The notes under the pieces were generated by a model that saw only the letters and a program-made list of their open reading frames with translations, did not search any database and was not told where the DNA came from. This document shows positions 26,968-37,917 of a stretch of 64,000 nucleotides of DNA, in pieces; the first letter of the stretch is position 1; each line of letters opens with the position of its first letter. Source of the DNA: Escherichia coli (lineage in GTDB: Bacteria; Pseudomonadota; Gammaproteobacteria; Enterobacterales; Enterobacteriaceae); NCBI RefSeq assembly GCF_029227855.1, contig NZ_CP074356.1, one strand, 5' to 3'. The position numbers were made by a program, and so were the translations under genes.

Positions 26968-27390
26968 CTACTCCCCTCGCTTATTGGCGTACAGGCAAAG
27001 TGAGCGGGGCTCACCTTTTTGCCGCTGACATGCCGGGTCAAGACACAAATTACAACTGATAATCTCTGAGGTGACGGTTGTTGCTGGTGTTTTGCTTGTT
27101 TCAACCGTCACGGTCAATGCTTCAATTGTGTGGGGCAGAATGCCGTCTCCCGGGCGGGCAATCACTTTGTGTGCGACAAGGCCATTTCGCTGTCCGGCGA
27201 AACTGGCTCCCGTCGCGATCGCCGCATTAACCGAGGCGACGTCACCGGTGATTTTGATGAGCGTCCAGCCTGAGCCATTGGTCTTCTCAAGGCCAACCAG
27301 CGTGATGGACGCGGCTTTTGCCATAGCGTCTGCGCAACTGATGGCGAGAGCCAGACCACTGACTTCAAGTAATCCCAGTGATTGCTTCAC
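26968..27390 (-). CDS. pduK: BMC shell protein PduK
   Basis: 140-aa ORF with N-terminal BMC domain MKQSLGLLEVSGLALAISCADAMAKAASITLVGLEK... Confidence 0.8.
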   Translation of the reverse strand: MKQSLGLLEVSGLALAISCADAMAKAASITLVGLEKTNGSGWTLIKITGDVASVNAAIATGASFAGQRNGLVAHKVIARPGDGILPHTIEALTVTVETSKTPATTVTSEIISCNLCLDPACQRQKGEPRSLCLYANKRGE

Positions 27391-27413
27391 GCTGTGCTCC
27401 TTAGCGAATGGGG

Positions 27414-27689
27414 TTATGCTGATTTAGGTAAAATAGCCTCAACATCACTGTGTGGGCGCGGGATGACATGGCAGGATTTCACTTCGCCAACGGCGCTTGC
27501 GGCGGCGCTTCCTGCATCAACGGCGGCTTTTACTGCGCCAACATCGCCACGGACCATCACCGTAATCAGACCCGAACCAATCTTTTCATAGCCAACCAGC
27601 TGCACGTTGGCGGATTTAACCATGGCATCTGCAGCTTCAATTGCGCCAACTAACCCTTTTGTTTCAACCAGTCCTAGTGCGTTGTTCAT
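27414..27689 (-). CDS. pduJ: BMC shell protein PduJ
   Basis: 91-aa [63 protein letters not shown]... Confidence 0.9.
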   Translation of the reverse strand: MNNALGLVETKGLVGAIEAADAMVKSANVQLVGYEKIGSGLITVMVRGDVGAVKAAVDAGSAAASAVGEVKSCHVIPRPHSDVEAILPKSA

Positions 27690-27708
27690 ACTGCATTTCT
27701 CCTGTGGA

Positions 27709-28059
27709 TTATGAGTGGAGTTCCCGGAAGGGAATCCCTTTTACCAGGCGGGCAGCGTTAGAGCCAATGCTGCGCCGGGCATGGTTATCTTGTTGATACA
27801 TCAGCGTAAACAGTGGCGCTGATGCCGGTAAGTTTTTGTAATGCACAATCAGTTTTTCCTGATCGCAGGCAATGCCAACCAACAGGGGAGATTGACTAGC
27901 AGCCAGCCAGGCGCTATCGATAACTTCACCTGACGGAATGTGTTGAATGCGAAAGGGAATACCTTCCTCTTCAATGCCAAGAAGCACCTCATCCCATATA
28001 GTGATGCAGTTACCGATCTCCATGACGACGATGGCTGGTGCACGCTCTTTACTTTCCAT
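27709..28059 (-). CDS. pduH: Diol dehydratase reactivase small subunit PduH
   Basis: 116-aa ORF overlapping the 3' end of pduG, canonical position. Confidence 0.85.
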   Translation of the reverse strand: MESKERAPAIVVMEIGNCITIWDEVLLGIEEEGIPFRIQHIPSGEVIDSAWLAASQSPLLVGIACDQEKLIVHYKNLPASAPLFTLMYQQDNHARRSIGSNAARLVKGIPFRELHS

Positions 28060-29881
28060 GAATCGACTCCTTGTGCCAGGCGATGAGTAGCCCAGTAGCT
28101 ACCGCGTTGCGCGGACCTTCGCTACCACGGATATTCCCCCGTCCGGCGACCAATCGATAATGCGCCAATGCATCGGTGACTAACTGCGGTACTTCGAAAT
28201 CCAGCGAAGAACCGCCCACCAGAACGACGAACGGAATATCGCGAATATTTCCGGCAGGGCTTACCTGACGTAGCGCGCGCAGGGCATTGGTTACGAAGAC
28301 ACGCTCTTTCGCACTGCGGCGGACAGCGCGTACTTTTTCCAGCGTCAAATCACCGGGAATGGGCACCAGTTCGTCGGGTTTCACTACACAGACGCGGGCA
28401 AATACATGGGGGGATAGGGGAGTAGGGAAGAACTGAACGCTGCCATCTTCATGGCGTAAGTGGAACAGGCTTTCTACTTTTGCCAACGGGTACTTTTTGA
28501 TTTCTTCTGCCAGATAACGATCATTTAAGCCCAGCTCACGAGCGATAATCATCGTTACCATGTCGCCCGCTCCCGCAAGGTGAGTGGCAACAATTTCTCC
28601 TTTCTGATTGATGATGGAGGCATCGGTAGAGCCTGCACCTAAGTCCAGAATTGCCAGTGGACGTGTGGTTCCAGGGGTAGTCAAGGCCCCCTGAATGGCG
28701 GCTTCTGCTTCTGCGCCTCCGACCTGAACATCAACATGCAGTTTTTGCTTAATTTCACTGGCGATCATTGCCATTTGCAGACGGTCGGATTTCACCATAG
28801 AGGCAATACCCACAGCCTGTTCCAGTGAAAATTCACCTGCCAGACCGCCGGTTACGCTGACGGGGACAGAGGTATCTATCGCCAGCAAATCCTGAATAAA
28901 AATTTCGTTGCTGGGTTTGTTGGTCAGTTCCGCCATGGTCTGGCGAACATGTTCCAGCATTCCGCCGATGTTGGTGCCTGGTTCTCCCGTCACGTTTTCC
29001 AGTTTTGGGCACTCACCGACCGCTTTCATAATGGCATCGGCACCAGCAGCTACATCAACGCGCGTTGTGCGCCCGGCAGAAAGCAGTTCGATATTTCCGG
29101 CGGGTATCGAACGGGCTTTAACGTCGCCAGAAGGCGTTTTCACTACCACTGCTGAACGGTTGCCGATTAGCGCCCGCGCGACAGGAACAATATTTTTAGT
29201 CTCTTCAGCATTGAGGGCGAAAACGGTGGCAATCCCATACGGGTTAGACAGGGTTTCGATAACTTTCCCGGGAACGGCAACTTCAATTGCAGCCAGCATG
29301 CCGAGCGGAATACGATCGATGTAGAGGACTTCATCAACAATAGGTACAGCAATTTCCAGGCGGTTACTGACCAGCACGCCATCGTCGCGTTGCAGAATAA
29401 CGCCAGTCAGCTGATATCCGGCACGTACGGAGGCGTTTATCATCGTCGCGATATCGGCAAAATCAAATGCCGATGACACCACCAGGATGTAAGGTGTGTC
29501 CGCCGGGCGTGTTAATAACTCTTGCGGAGTGATGGTGAGCCCTACGCCCAGCCCCACTCCGCCCGGAGTTTTCGGGTTGTGACCGATCATGGTTGATTCG
29601 GTGATGATGGTTTCAGTGATGGTTTCCATCGCCACATCACCAATGACCGGAGTTGCTTCGTTGATACGAATAAGCGAAATATCGCTAACATTGATGCCGA
29701 CTTTTTTCGTTGCCTGTGCGAGCGCCTCCTGAATACCATGGACGTTACGCAACGTACCTTTAATTCCGGTGGTTTCCGCCAGGGCGCTACTCACGAACGA
29801 CAACTCTCCAGTTGCACTGAGCGTTGCCAGCGCAACCTCTGTTGATGAGTTGCCGATATCAATGCCTGCTATATATCGCAT
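28049..29881 (-). CDS. pduG: Diol dehydratase reactivase large subunit PduG
   Basis: 610-aa ORF MRYIAGIDIGNSSTEVALATL... (actin-like ATPase N-terminus). Confidence 0.9.
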   Translation of the reverse strand: MRYIAGIDIGNSSTEVALATLSATGELSFVSSALAETTGIKGTLRNVHGIQEALAQATKKVGINVSDISLIRINEATPVIGDVAMETITETIITESTMIGHNPKTPGGVGLGVGLTITPQELLTRPADTPYILVVSSAFDFADIATMINASVRAGYQLTGVILQRDDGVLVSNRLEIAVPIVDEVLYIDRIPLGMLAAIEVAVPGKVIETLSNPYGIATVFALNAEETKNIVPVARALIGNRSAVVVKTPSGDVKARSIPAGNIELLSAGRTTRVDVAAGADAIMKAVGECPKLENVTGEPGTNIGGMLEHVRQTMAELTNKPSNEIFIQDLLAIDTSVPVSVTGGLAGEFSLEQAVGIASMVKSDRLQMAMIASEIKQKLHVDVQVGGAEAEAAIQGALTTPGTTRPLAILDLGAGSTDASIINQKGEIVATHLAGAGDMVTMIIARELGLNDRYLAEEIKKYPLAKVESLFHLRHEDGSVQFFPTPLSPHVFARVCVVKPDELVPIPGDLTLEKVRAVRRSAKERVFVTNALRALRQVSPAGNIRDIPFVVLVGGSSLDFEVPQLVTDALAHYRLVAGRGNIRGSEGPRNAVATGLLIAWHKESIHGK

Positions 29882-29890
29882 AGTTCGTCC

Positions 29891-30409
29891 TTAATCGTCG
29901 CCTTTCAGTTTTTTGCGCTCGACATAAAGTTCCGCAGCTTCACGGACAAATGCAGCACAAATTTTGGCCTGATAACGCCGTTCAAGATCGTCAGCAATGG
30001 CAATAAGTTCTTGCTTAGTCGAACGATAAGGGCGTAACGCATTGTAGATTTCGAGGATGCGATCATCCGGTACTGAGGTAAGCTCAGCGGCGCGTTCAAA
30101 ATTCATCGCCAGGCGATCGCGACCAGCATCTCTGGCAATCGCGGCCTGAATACGCAATGTTTCAGGGGTTATACGCATATCCTGGGCGGTGACGTTATCG
30201 CTGAGTACATTTTCCAGAGTGAAATCGTCGAGCGTTTTATTGGTCGCCGTTTTAACCCATTCCGGATGTTTATTTGCCAGCGGATAATCCGTCACTTTGG
30301 CGCTCTGTATTGACGCGTTGGGTGCCGCAGAAACAGGAGCTGCATCCTGTAAACTGTTCATGCGATTCAACACGTCCCTGACCATCGACTCAATTGCATC
30401 GGTATTCAT
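29891..30409 (-). CDS. pduE: Propanediol dehydratase small (gamma) subunit PduE
   Basis: 172-aa ORF in canonical order after pduD. Confidence 0.9.
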   Translation of the reverse strand: MNTDAIESMVRDVLNRMNSLQDAAPVSAAPNASIQSAKVTDYPLANKHPEWVKTATNKTLDDFTLENVLSDNVTAQDMRITPETLRIQAAIARDAGRDRLAMNFERAAELTSVPDDRILEIYNALRPYRSTKQELIAIADDLERRYQAKICAAFVREAAELYVERKKLKGDD

Positions 30410-30423
30410 GAAGGTTTCCTTTG

Positions 30424-31092
30424 TTAAAACGTCACGCGCAGTTCTTGCGGTTTTTTGCCAGTGACCACGTACTTCGTCTCTTTAATATGCAAAATGGCAG
30501 ATTTGGCCTGGTATTTCGGCCGCGCCATTTGATCGTTGAGGGTCGGCACCGGTTGTGGAGACTCACGCTTTGCATAACGCGCGGCGTTTTTGCCAATCTG
30601 ACGATAAGTTTCCAGCGTCAACAAAGGCGCTTGTGGGAATAGTTCCAGGTTAGACAAGGGAGGAAGACCTTGCTGGTGGATAACCGTTGTGCCTTTCGAC
30701 TGAATACCGATAGCAATACCTGAACCACTAAGACGATCGCCTTCGACTGCTACGAATGCGACATCGGACGATTTAAAGCAGCGAATCACACGGGCTTTAA
30801 TGCCTTCTTCTTCGATACCAGCAATCACTTCGCGCAAGATGTTTTTATGCGGAATACCGATGATATTGACGGTTTGCGCCAGGCCGAACGCCGGGCCTAC
30901 AGCAATAATGACTTCATCTTGCTGAGTGCCTTGTTGGGCTTCGCCAATTTCGGCCAGAAAAGTTCCGGTATCTGGCGCGGAAGAGACAGTTGCACAGGCA
31001 GGTGCGCGAAATGAAACGGGCTTGTCGCTGGTTTGCATTTCTGCCAGCACGTCTTCGATAATCTGACGCAGTAATTTTTCGTTAATTTCCAT
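30424..31092 (-). CDS. pduD: Propanediol dehydratase medium (beta) subunit PduD
   Basis: 222-aa [22 protein letters not shown]... Confidence 0.9.
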   Translation of the reverse strand: MEINEKLLRQIIEDVLAEMQTSDKPVSFRAPACATVSSAPDTGTFLAEIGEAQQGTQQDEVIIAVGPAFGLAQTVNIIGIPHKNILREVIAGIEEEGIKARVIRCFKSSDVAFVAVEGDRLSGSGIAIGIQSKGTTVIHQQGLPPLSNLELFPQAPLLTLETYRQIGKNAARYAKRESPQPVPTLNDQMARPKYQAKSAILHIKETKYVVTGKKPQELRVTF

Positions 31093-31101
31093 TTCTCACC
31101 C

Positions 31102-32766
31102 TTAGTCAATTTCGTTGGGATCAAGTGCACCGGGAATATTTTTGATCTCTTCCCAGCGTTCCCCTTGCAGGCGGTAACCTGTAGCCGGTCCGGCGTAATC
31201 ATTGACGTCATTGACCGCAGAGAGCACTTGTCCGTCATCGACGATGATGGCTGAGGTATGGAGATAATCGCCGGTCAGTTTTGCTTTTTGCATGTTGAGC
31301 ATGTCTTGGGCGACATCGGTAAAACCGCCTTGCGCCAGGGCTTTCACCACTTCCAGGCTGTTCCGGTTTTTATTGATAATCTCCTGGGCGAACTTGATGT
31401 CTTCCACAATATTGCGCTCAGGCATATCTTTTGAACCGTGGGCATAGGTTGCCGCTTCGACTTCTTCATCGGTAATAGGCGGTAGTCCCATACCGGCAAA
31501 GACAGCCTGTAAAGCGCGAGCGGCTTTATTGCGGATAGCGATAACATCTTCTTCGCGTACTGGTCGCAGGCCGCCATCAACCTTCAGGTCACGCTGAATG
31601 ACGTTGTAATCATCGAAGTCTTCAGCATCTTCGTTTGAACCAGCAAACATGTTGTCGTAGTTCGGCACAGCGGAAAAACCGGAAGAGATAAAGTCGGTAC
31701 CTGGCAGAAACTGCATCAGGAAACGTGCGGTACGGCGCATATCCGAGTGGGTAAAGGTCTGGTCATTACTGGAGGCGCATTCCAGATCCAGCGATGAGCA
31801 AATTAAGTTTTCCGCTAATACTGCGCGGATGCCTGATGGCACAGCCGATGGAACACCGATGCAGCTTACCGAACCATTCTGTAGACCCTGAACTCCTGCG
31901 GCTTTGGTGATGTAAATGCAACGAGCCTCGAGATAAAGCATTGATTTGCCTTCCGCGTAACCCATCTGTACTTCAGAGCCGGAGCCGGAAGTAAAGCGCA
32001 TTTTTAAGCCGCGAGACGCATAGGATGACGCGAGAAATCCTTTTGACCACGGGGTGTCATCGCCATCGGTGAAAACAGGTTCTGTACCATAGACAGAAAT
32101 TGTTTCGGCGTAACAGGTGTGGCCTAACATACCGAGTTTCAGTTCGGTGGCTTCTTCCAGTGAACACTGGGTCAAGACGCCCGGACGTCCCACCTGTGAG
32201 CCGACCAGCAGGGCGATGGCGTTGAACGGGGCATAGCGAGCAACGGCAACGGTGGTTTCCTGTTCATCAAACCCGCGCCATGCGCCTTCAGCTGCGTCGG
32301 CGGCAATTTGTACCGGGTTATCTTTGACGTTGGTGACGTGAGCCTGTTGTGATGGTGTTCGACGGGCGCGCATTTTCTGCATCGCCATCATCATCTCTAC
32401 CACGTTCATCTGCGAAACAACTTCGACGATTTTTGCAGGCGTCATTGCTGTGGTAAGGGGAACGATATCGCTACGTTTGACATTTGGATCGCACAACATA
32501 TTGGCAAGTTTTACCGAATCCATCGCGATGACTTCTTCTGCACGCGCGAGATTGATGCCGTAGCGGGCGATAAAGTGGTCGATCAGGTCAAACTGGCTGG
32601 CGGGTTTTCCATCCAGTTCGGTAACGACGCCGTTAACAATTTTGATTGACGGTTTAGGATCGTTCGGGCTTTCCATCGCAATGAAGCCTTCTTCAATCCA
32701 CTCTTTAACGAAACCGTCCTGGTTGACCGGGCGTTTTGCCAGTGCTTCAAATCTTTTCGATCTCAT
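31102..32766 (-). CDS. pduC: B12-dependent propanediol dehydratase large (alpha) subunit PduC
   Basis: 554-aa ORF MRSKRFEALAKRPVNQDGFVKEWIEEGFIAMESPNDPKPSIKIVNG... Confidence 0.95.
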   Translation of the reverse strand: MRSKRFEALAKRPVNQDGFVKEWIEEGFIAMESPNDPKPSIKIVNGVVTELDGKPASQFDLIDHFIARYGINLARAEEVIAMDSVKLANMLCDPNVKRSDIVPLTTAMTPAKIVEVVSQMNVVEMMMAMQKMRARRTPSQQAHVTNVKDNPVQIAADAAEGAWRGFDEQETTVAVARYAPFNAIALLVGSQVGRPGVLTQCSLEEATELKLGMLGHTCYAETISVYGTEPVFTDGDDTPWSKGFLASSYASRGLKMRFTSGSGSEVQMGYAEGKSMLYLEARCIYITKAAGVQGLQNGSVSCIGVPSAVPSGIRAVLAENLICSSLDLECASSNDQTFTHSDMRRTARFLMQFLPGTDFISSGFSAVPNYDNMFAGSNEDAEDFDDYNVIQRDLKVDGGLRPVREEDVIAIRNKAARALQAVFAGMGLPPITDEEVEAATYAHGSKDMPERNIVEDIKFAQEIINKNRNSLEVVKALAQGGFTDVAQDMLNMQKAKLTGDYLHTSAIIVDDGQVLSAVNDVNDYAGPATGYRLQGERWEEIKNIPGALDPNEID

Positions 32767-32784
32767 AAATCTGCCTCAGAGAAT

Positions 32785-33597
32785 TCAGATGTAGGAAGGG
32801 CGATCGTTTTTCGGTGTATCGCCGAGAGTCGAAAGCACGGTTTTACCGATTTCGCGTGCGGAGATGACCGCCTGGCGGACTGCGCCGGAGTCACCCGAGA
32901 TAATCAGAATGACTTCATTGCTGTAGCTGGTGCCTTGAGCGGGGGAGCTGTATGCCACAACATCCACATTGGCGGACTTCAGCGCGGTGTCTGCCATCAG
33001 AACACCCACAGCAGCCGGAGCGCCGACAATAACGCCGCAAGCCCGTCCCAATGGTGCACCAAACGCTTTTTCCAGTGCATAGCTGGCGCGGGCGGTATAT
33101 TGCAGCTCAAGATGTCCGGCTTCGTTGGCATAGACATCGCCAAAGGTTCGATCGAGTTCTTTCAGGGCAACTTCAATACCGCGTTTCACGTCGGAAACAT
33201 CGTTGCCACCTAAGAGGATCAATGAGCCGTGTCCGGCACCGCCTTTAGTATCGCGAGGAAGTTCAATGCTAATAACTTCAGTGTTGGTGGCTTTTACCGC
33301 TTCATCAGCGGCCATAATGTGTGGACCTGCGCCAATACGCGCACCCAGAATGCCAATGGAACGATAGCGTTTTTCAAGTTTCATTGCGTCCAACAGGGCG
33401 CTATCAACGTTCGCAATGACCAGACCTACAGTGTCGCCAATAGCGGTGCCAACAAATTCTGTTAATGTGCAGCTTTTTTCTGCCATAGCCGTCTCTCGTA
33501 TTTGATGAGTGGTTTTCGGGAGAACCTCATGCTCTGGCGTCGCTACGCGAGCGATGACCTGCGCCATGATCTGTTCGACCAGTTCATTGCTGCTCAT
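32785..33597 (-). CDS. pduB: BMC shell protein PduB (tandem BMC domain)
   Basis: 270-aa ORF in canonical position between pduA and pduC. Confidence 0.9.
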   Translation of the reverse strand: MSSNELVEQIMAQVIARVATPEHEVLPKTTHQIRETAMAEKSCTLTEFVGTAIGDTVGLVIANVDSALLDAMKLEKRYRSIGILGARIGAGPHIMAADEAVKATNTEVISIELPRDTKGGAGHGSLILLGGNDVSDVKRGIEVALKELDRTFGDVYANEAGHLELQYTARASYALEKAFGAPLGRACGVIVGAPAAVGVLMADTALKSANVDVVAYSSPAQGTSYSNEVILIISGDSGAVRQAVISAREIGKTVLSTLGDTPKNDRPSYI

Positions 33598-33878
33598 GGG
33601 TTAATTCCCTTTGGTAAGATTTTTTCGACATCGGTATGTGGGCGGGGAATAACATGTACGGCTTTTACTTCGCCGACGTTACGCGCAGCTGCGGCACCTG
33701 CGTCTGTTGCCGCTTTTACCGCCCCGACATCACCACGAACGATGACGGTCACCAGCCCGGAACCTATTTTTTCGTAGCCGACCAGCAAAACATTTGCCGA
33801 CTTCACCATGGCGTCTGCGGCCTCTATGGCGGCAGTTAAGCCTTTGGTTTCTACCATTCCTAACGCTTCTTGTTGCAT
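33594..33878 (-). CDS. pduA: BMC shell protein PduA
   Basis: 94-aa [64 protein letters not shown]...; first gene of the pdu operon. Confidence 0.92.
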   Translation of the reverse strand: MQQEALGMVETKGLTAAIEAADAMVKSANVLLVGYEKIGSGLVTVIVRGDVGAVKAATDAGAAAARNVGEVKAVHVIPRPHTDVEKILPKGINP

Positions 33879-34389
33879 AAAGACCTCGCCTGGATTTTTT
33901 TGACGATATGACTATAAAAAAAAGCGAGGAAAAAGAATGGCTGACTTAATCGGCTAATGAGAAAAATTAATAGAGAACAAATATTATAAAATTGCTTTTA
34001 TGAACTATATGTTGTTAATTTATTAGTTGTTTTGTGGATATTTCAATGTGAATTAATTGCGTTGGCTAGTGAGTTTAATCGCGAGTAATATTTCGTTGAG
34101 TTTAGTTCGAGGAAGGAACTGTGATATTTGTTTCAATTTTATTATATCATGATGGCAATTTTTTATTGTGAAAGTTTGACAGTAATTATTACTTTCAACA
34201 CTGATTAACGCTGTGTTGCATGATTCGGCAATGACAATAATTTGTTATGTTAGCACGATTTTTACACGAGTCTGTCATGCATGTTGGCAATATTTTCTGC
34301 AGAGCAATTTTTTATAGTTGCGCTCGGTATACACAACAATCAGCGCGTAGTTGGCTGATAAAGAAAAACTCCGTAAAGAAGGTGTCACT
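33879..34389. promoter_or_regulatory. AT-rich divergent pduA / pduF-pocR control region
   Basis: ~510 bp markedly AT-rich intergenic DNA between divergent pduA and pduF; in Salmonella the equivalent region holds the PocR-dependent pdu promoter. No individual site is called. Confidence 0.5.
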
Positions 34390-35199
34390 ATGAATGATTC
34401 ACTCAAGGCGCAATGCGTTGCCGAGTTTTTAGGCACCGGACTGTTCCTCTTTTTTGGCATTGGTTGTTTGTGCGCCCTGAAAGTTGCCGGGGCAAGTCTG
34501 GGACTGTGGGAAATTTGTATCATTTGGGGGTTAGGGATTTCGCTTGCTGTTTACCTTACGGCAGGTATTTCCGGCGCTCATCTCAACCCGGCAGTTACCA
34601 TTGCTCTGTGGCTGTTTGCCTCTTTCCCAGCCCGTAAAGTGCTGCCATTTTGTGTGGCGCAATTAGCGGGTGCTTTTGGTGGTGCGATTCTGGCATATTC
34701 TCTCTACAGCAGTTTATTTACCGATTTTGAATCTGCTCACAATATGGTGCGTGGTAGCGCAGAAAGTTTACAACTCGCCAGTATCTTCAGTACTTATCCG
34801 GCAGCGGCGATTAATGTATGGCAAGCTGCGTTGGTCGAAGTGGTCATAACGTCCATGTTAATGGGGTTGATTATGGCGTTGACCGATGACGGTAATGGCG
34901 TACCCAAAGGACCACTTGCGCCTTTACTTATTGGTATTCTGGTTGCTGTTATTGGTGCTTCTACCGGACCATTAACCGGTTTTGCCATGAATCCAGCGCG
35001 TGATTTTGGACCTAAGATTTTCACCTGGCTTGCGGGGTGGGGAGAAATTGCGATGACTGGTGGACGCAATATTCCTTATTTCATTGTACCCATTATTGCA
35101 CCGATCATTGGGGCATGTGTTGGTGCGGCGATTTATCGCTATCTCATTGCAAAGAATTTACCTGTCAATAGTGTAGCGCCTAAAGAAATTAGCGAATAA
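34390..35199 (+). CDS. pduF: Propanediol diffusion facilitator PduF (aquaglyceroporin / MIP family)
   Basis: ORF MNDSLKAQCVAEFLGTGLFLFFGIGC... with two NPA motifs (SGAHLNPAVT and FAMNPARDFGP). Confidence 0.88.
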   Translation: MNDSLKAQCVAEFLGTGLFLFFGIGCLCALKVAGASLGLWEICIIWGLGISLAVYLTAGISGAHLNPAVTIALWLFASFPARKVLPFCVAQLAGAFGGAILAYSLYSSLFTDFESAHNMVRGSAESLQLASIFSTYPAAAINVWQAALVEVVITSMLMGLIMALTDDGNGVPKGPLAPLLIGILVAVIGASTGPLTGFAMNPARDFGPKIFTWLAGWGEIAMTGGRNIPYFIVPIIAPIIGACVGAAIYRYLIAKNLPVNSVAPKEISE

Positions 35200-35401
35200 C
35201 GAAATAATCTGGCAGTTATAAACGTTTATTTTTTTACTGTTTGTGATCTGCTTTCCGAACTTATTAAAAAGTCTCCCGCTTCATGGAGGCTTTTGTTATT
35301 GTCCTTTGTGCTTCTCGTCAGTAAATCATCAGGGATGATGTGAAGATTAAATGTAAAACAATTGTTTTGCTATAACAATAAATTAACTGGGAGGTTTTAT
35401 C

Positions 35402-36316
35402 ATGATTTCTGCGGCGACACTTAATTCAGAACTCATTAATAAAATCGCGCAGGATTTTGCGCAGGCGACCAGCCTTGCGGTTGTCGTGGTCAATATTCAC
35501 GGCGATGAAATTTCCGAGCTGTTTAACTTCACTCCATTTTGTCAGATGATGCGGCAACACCCTCAGCTAAGCACTCGATGTCGCATGAGCGATCGTTGTG
35601 GGGGCCTGGAAGCCTCTAAATCCGATCAGCCTTGTATTTATCGCTGTCATGCCGGATTAACCGATTTCTCTATTCCACTGGTAATCGCCGGGCATTTAGT
35701 CGGTTTTGTATTGTGCGGGCAAGTTCGTCTGCGTAATGATGATGTCGATTTGGTCGATATTCTGAATGTCGATGATTGCTGGCAGGCAGATCCCGAATTA
35801 CTTAATGAATTCCGCAAAGTTCCTGAGATGGATTACTCAAGAGTTATGGCCTCTGCTGATTTGTTGAAGTTGATTGTGGAAAATTGCCTCAAAAAACAAC
35901 TCAATTTTGTGGTTATTAAAGAGAACAAATTTCAGTCAGATTCGGTGCGCCAGACTCGTGCGCCTAATCCCCACGACAATAAAATGAAAAAAGCTTTACG
36001 CTATATTGATGCGCATTTATCAGACGATTTGCGTCTGGAAGATGTCGCCTCGCACGTTTATCTAAGTCCTTATTATTTCAGTAAGTTATTCAAGAAATAC
36101 CATGGAATCGGTTTTAATGCGTGGGTAAACCAACAACGGATGGCCAGCGCTCGTGAGTTACTGTGCCATAGTGACTGGAGCATCGCCAGTATTGCGCGTA
36201 ATTTAGGTTTTTCGCAAACCAGTTATTTTTGCAAAGTTTTCCGTCAGACTTATCAGGTTACGCCGCAGGTGTATCGACAGCAAGTGAGTGAAAATGCGGT
36301 GATGGAAACGGTATAG
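35402..36316 (+). CDS. pocR: AraC-family regulator PocR (activator of pdu and cob)
   Basis: 304-aa ORF MISAATLNSELINKIAQDFAQATSLAVVVVNIHGDEISELFNF... with C-terminal AraC-type HTH. Confidence 0.9.
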   Translation: MISAATLNSELINKIAQDFAQATSLAVVVVNIHGDEISELFNFTPFCQMMRQHPQLSTRCRMSDRCGGLEASKSDQPCIYRCHAGLTDFSIPLVIAGHLVGFVLCGQVRLRNDDVDLVDILNVDDCWQADPELLNEFRKVPEMDYSRVMASADLLKLIVENCLKKQLNFVVIKENKFQSDSVRQTRAPNPHDNKMKKALRYIDAHLSDDLRLEDVASHVYLSPYYFSKLFKKYHGIGFNAWVNQQRMASARELLCHSDWSIASIARNLGFSQTSYFCKVFRQTYQVTPQVYRQQVSENAVMETV

Positions 36317-36419
36317 AGTAAATGCCCCAAAAAAAGAGGACGGTTTAAATAAACTCTGCAATGAATAATTAACGTTATTTACCTGTTATGGGAAAAGTGA
36401 AATCAGCTCATAACATACG

Positions 36420-36640
36420 CTGACAGGTGTGGCACATTTGTGCCTGGGAAGAGGGTGAAAATCCCTCGCAGCCCCCGCTGCTGTAATGCTGACAAACCCG
36501 AAAATGCCACTGATCGCGAGATTGGGAAGGTCGGGAGAGGATGACGCTAAGCCAGAAGACCAGCCAGTCAGTCAATACCAACAACTTCGGTGGGAAGTGG
36601 GTTGCCCGGAAGCGTCCGGTAGAGTACCGGCGCGTCTTTA
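36420..36640 (+). ncRNA. Cobalamin (B12) riboswitch-like leader, presumed remnant of the cob operon leader
   Basis: Contains GGTGAAAATCC, GCAGCCCCCGCTGCTGTAA, GCCACTG, GGGAAGG and a B12-box-like AAGCCAGAAGACCAGCC in the order expected for cobalamin riboswitches (by recalled similarity to the btuB/cob leaders). Confidence 0.65.
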
Positions 36641-36803
36641 TACCCCTACCACCCTGAAAGGATCAGGGTATGGCGGCATCATTTAGTTCTTTCATCGCAG
36701 TGCCGACAGGCACCAGGGCTGCACTTAAGGTGTGGCAATCTTGTTTCATGGCTCATCAACCAGACCGCCATTACAGGAAACTAAGTGGAGGGCGAGAGGC
36801 ATG

Positions 36804-37238
36804 AAAACGATAAAACCCGAATCGATAGCTCTTTTTTGCCTCTTATCTGGAGATGTGGATCTGGCGAAACATTTGGCTGAAATATTGCCAATAACTTGTT
36901 TTGTTGGTGAGGACTGGCAGCAAGATTTCCAGCCTCTTGACGGTGGGCCTGTGCAATCGTTATCAGATGTGTATGGCGATTATTCAGTGCTGCTATTGAT
37001 AGCAGCTGAAAGCGAGATATCCGTACCAGAATGGCTCGCTCATTCTGAAGGAACGACGGTAATTGTGATTGCAGAACACAATACCCGTTTGCTGACTGGT
37101 CCGGCTGGTGGGGCTGTAGCATTGATCCATTATCTGAATGAAATCTGTCATTCCAGAGAAACCGCTGTCAATGACGCATTTTGTCGTACGTTAACACGAG
37201 GAAGTCTGGCTATTCCGCAATGCCATCTTCTTTCGTAA
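36804..37238 (+). CDS. Hypothetical protein downstream of the B12 riboswitch (not recognisable as a Cbi enzyme)
   Basis: ORF MKTIKPESIALFCLLSGDVDLAKHLAEIL... preceded by GGAGGG ~9 nt upstream; the six-frame ORF extends to 36732. No family recognised by eye. Confidence 0.3.
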   Translation, partial: KTIKPESIALFCLLSGDVDLAKHLAEILPITCFVGEDWQQDFQPLDGGPVQSLSDVYGDYSVLLLIAAESEISVPEWLAHSEGTTVIVIAEHNTRLLTGPAGGAVALIHYLNEICHSRETAVNDAFCRTLTRGSLAIPQCHLLS

Positions 37239-37371
37239 TGGATTGAGAATGCTGGATTTTTAATTATATTACGCGCAGTATTAATCGCGTAAATGTTTTG
37301 CGGTCAGCAACGGTGGGGGATCCATTGTTCTGTTCAATGAATACCATCATACAATTGAATCAGGAGTCGGT

Positions 37372-37917
37372 ATGATGATTTTGGTGACAGGTGGAGCACG
37401 GAGCGGGAAGAGTCGCCACGCAGAGGCGCTTATTGGGGACTCTTCACAGGTTCTGTATATCGCCACCTCGCAAATCCTTGATGATGAGATGGCTGCACGG
37501 ATAGAACATCATCGGCAAGGCCGCCCGGCGCACTGGCGCACGGTGGAGCGCTGGCAACATCTTGATGAATTAATTCATGCAGACATTAACCCGCATGAAG
37601 CTGTGTTGCTGGAATGCGTTACAACAATGGTGACTAATCTGTTGTTTGATTATGGCGGCGATAAAGACCCTGATGAATGGGATTATCAGGCGATGGAACA
37701 GGCGATTAATGCTGAGATTCAGTCGTTGATTGCTGCCTGCCAACGTTGCCCCGCGAAGATTGTATTAGTGACTAACGAAGTGGGAATGGGGATTGTGCCG
37801 GAGAGTCGTCTGGCACGACATTTTCGTGATATTGCCGGGCGGGTAAATCAGCAGCTGGCCGCTGCGGCAAATGAAGTGTGGCTGGTGGTTTCGGGTATTG
37901 GAGTAAAAATCAAATGA
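37372..37917 (+). CDS. cobU: Adenosylcobinamide kinase / adenosylcobinamide-phosphate guanylyltransferase
   Basis: 181-aa [25 protein letters not shown] (P-loop). Confidence 0.92.
   Translation: MMILVTGGARSGKSRHAEALIGDSSQVLYIATSQILDDEMAARIEHHRQGRPAHWRTVERWQHLDELIHADINPHEAVLLECVTTMVTNLLFDYGGDKDPDEWDYQAMEQAINAEIQSLIAACQRCPAKIVLVTNEVGMGIVPESRLARHFRDIAGRVNQQLAAAANEVWLVVSGIGVKIK

Noticed and set aside
36486-36686. 66-aa ORF inside the riboswitch-like leader
   Set aside because: Coincides with the structured RNA motifs; more likely untranslated leader.
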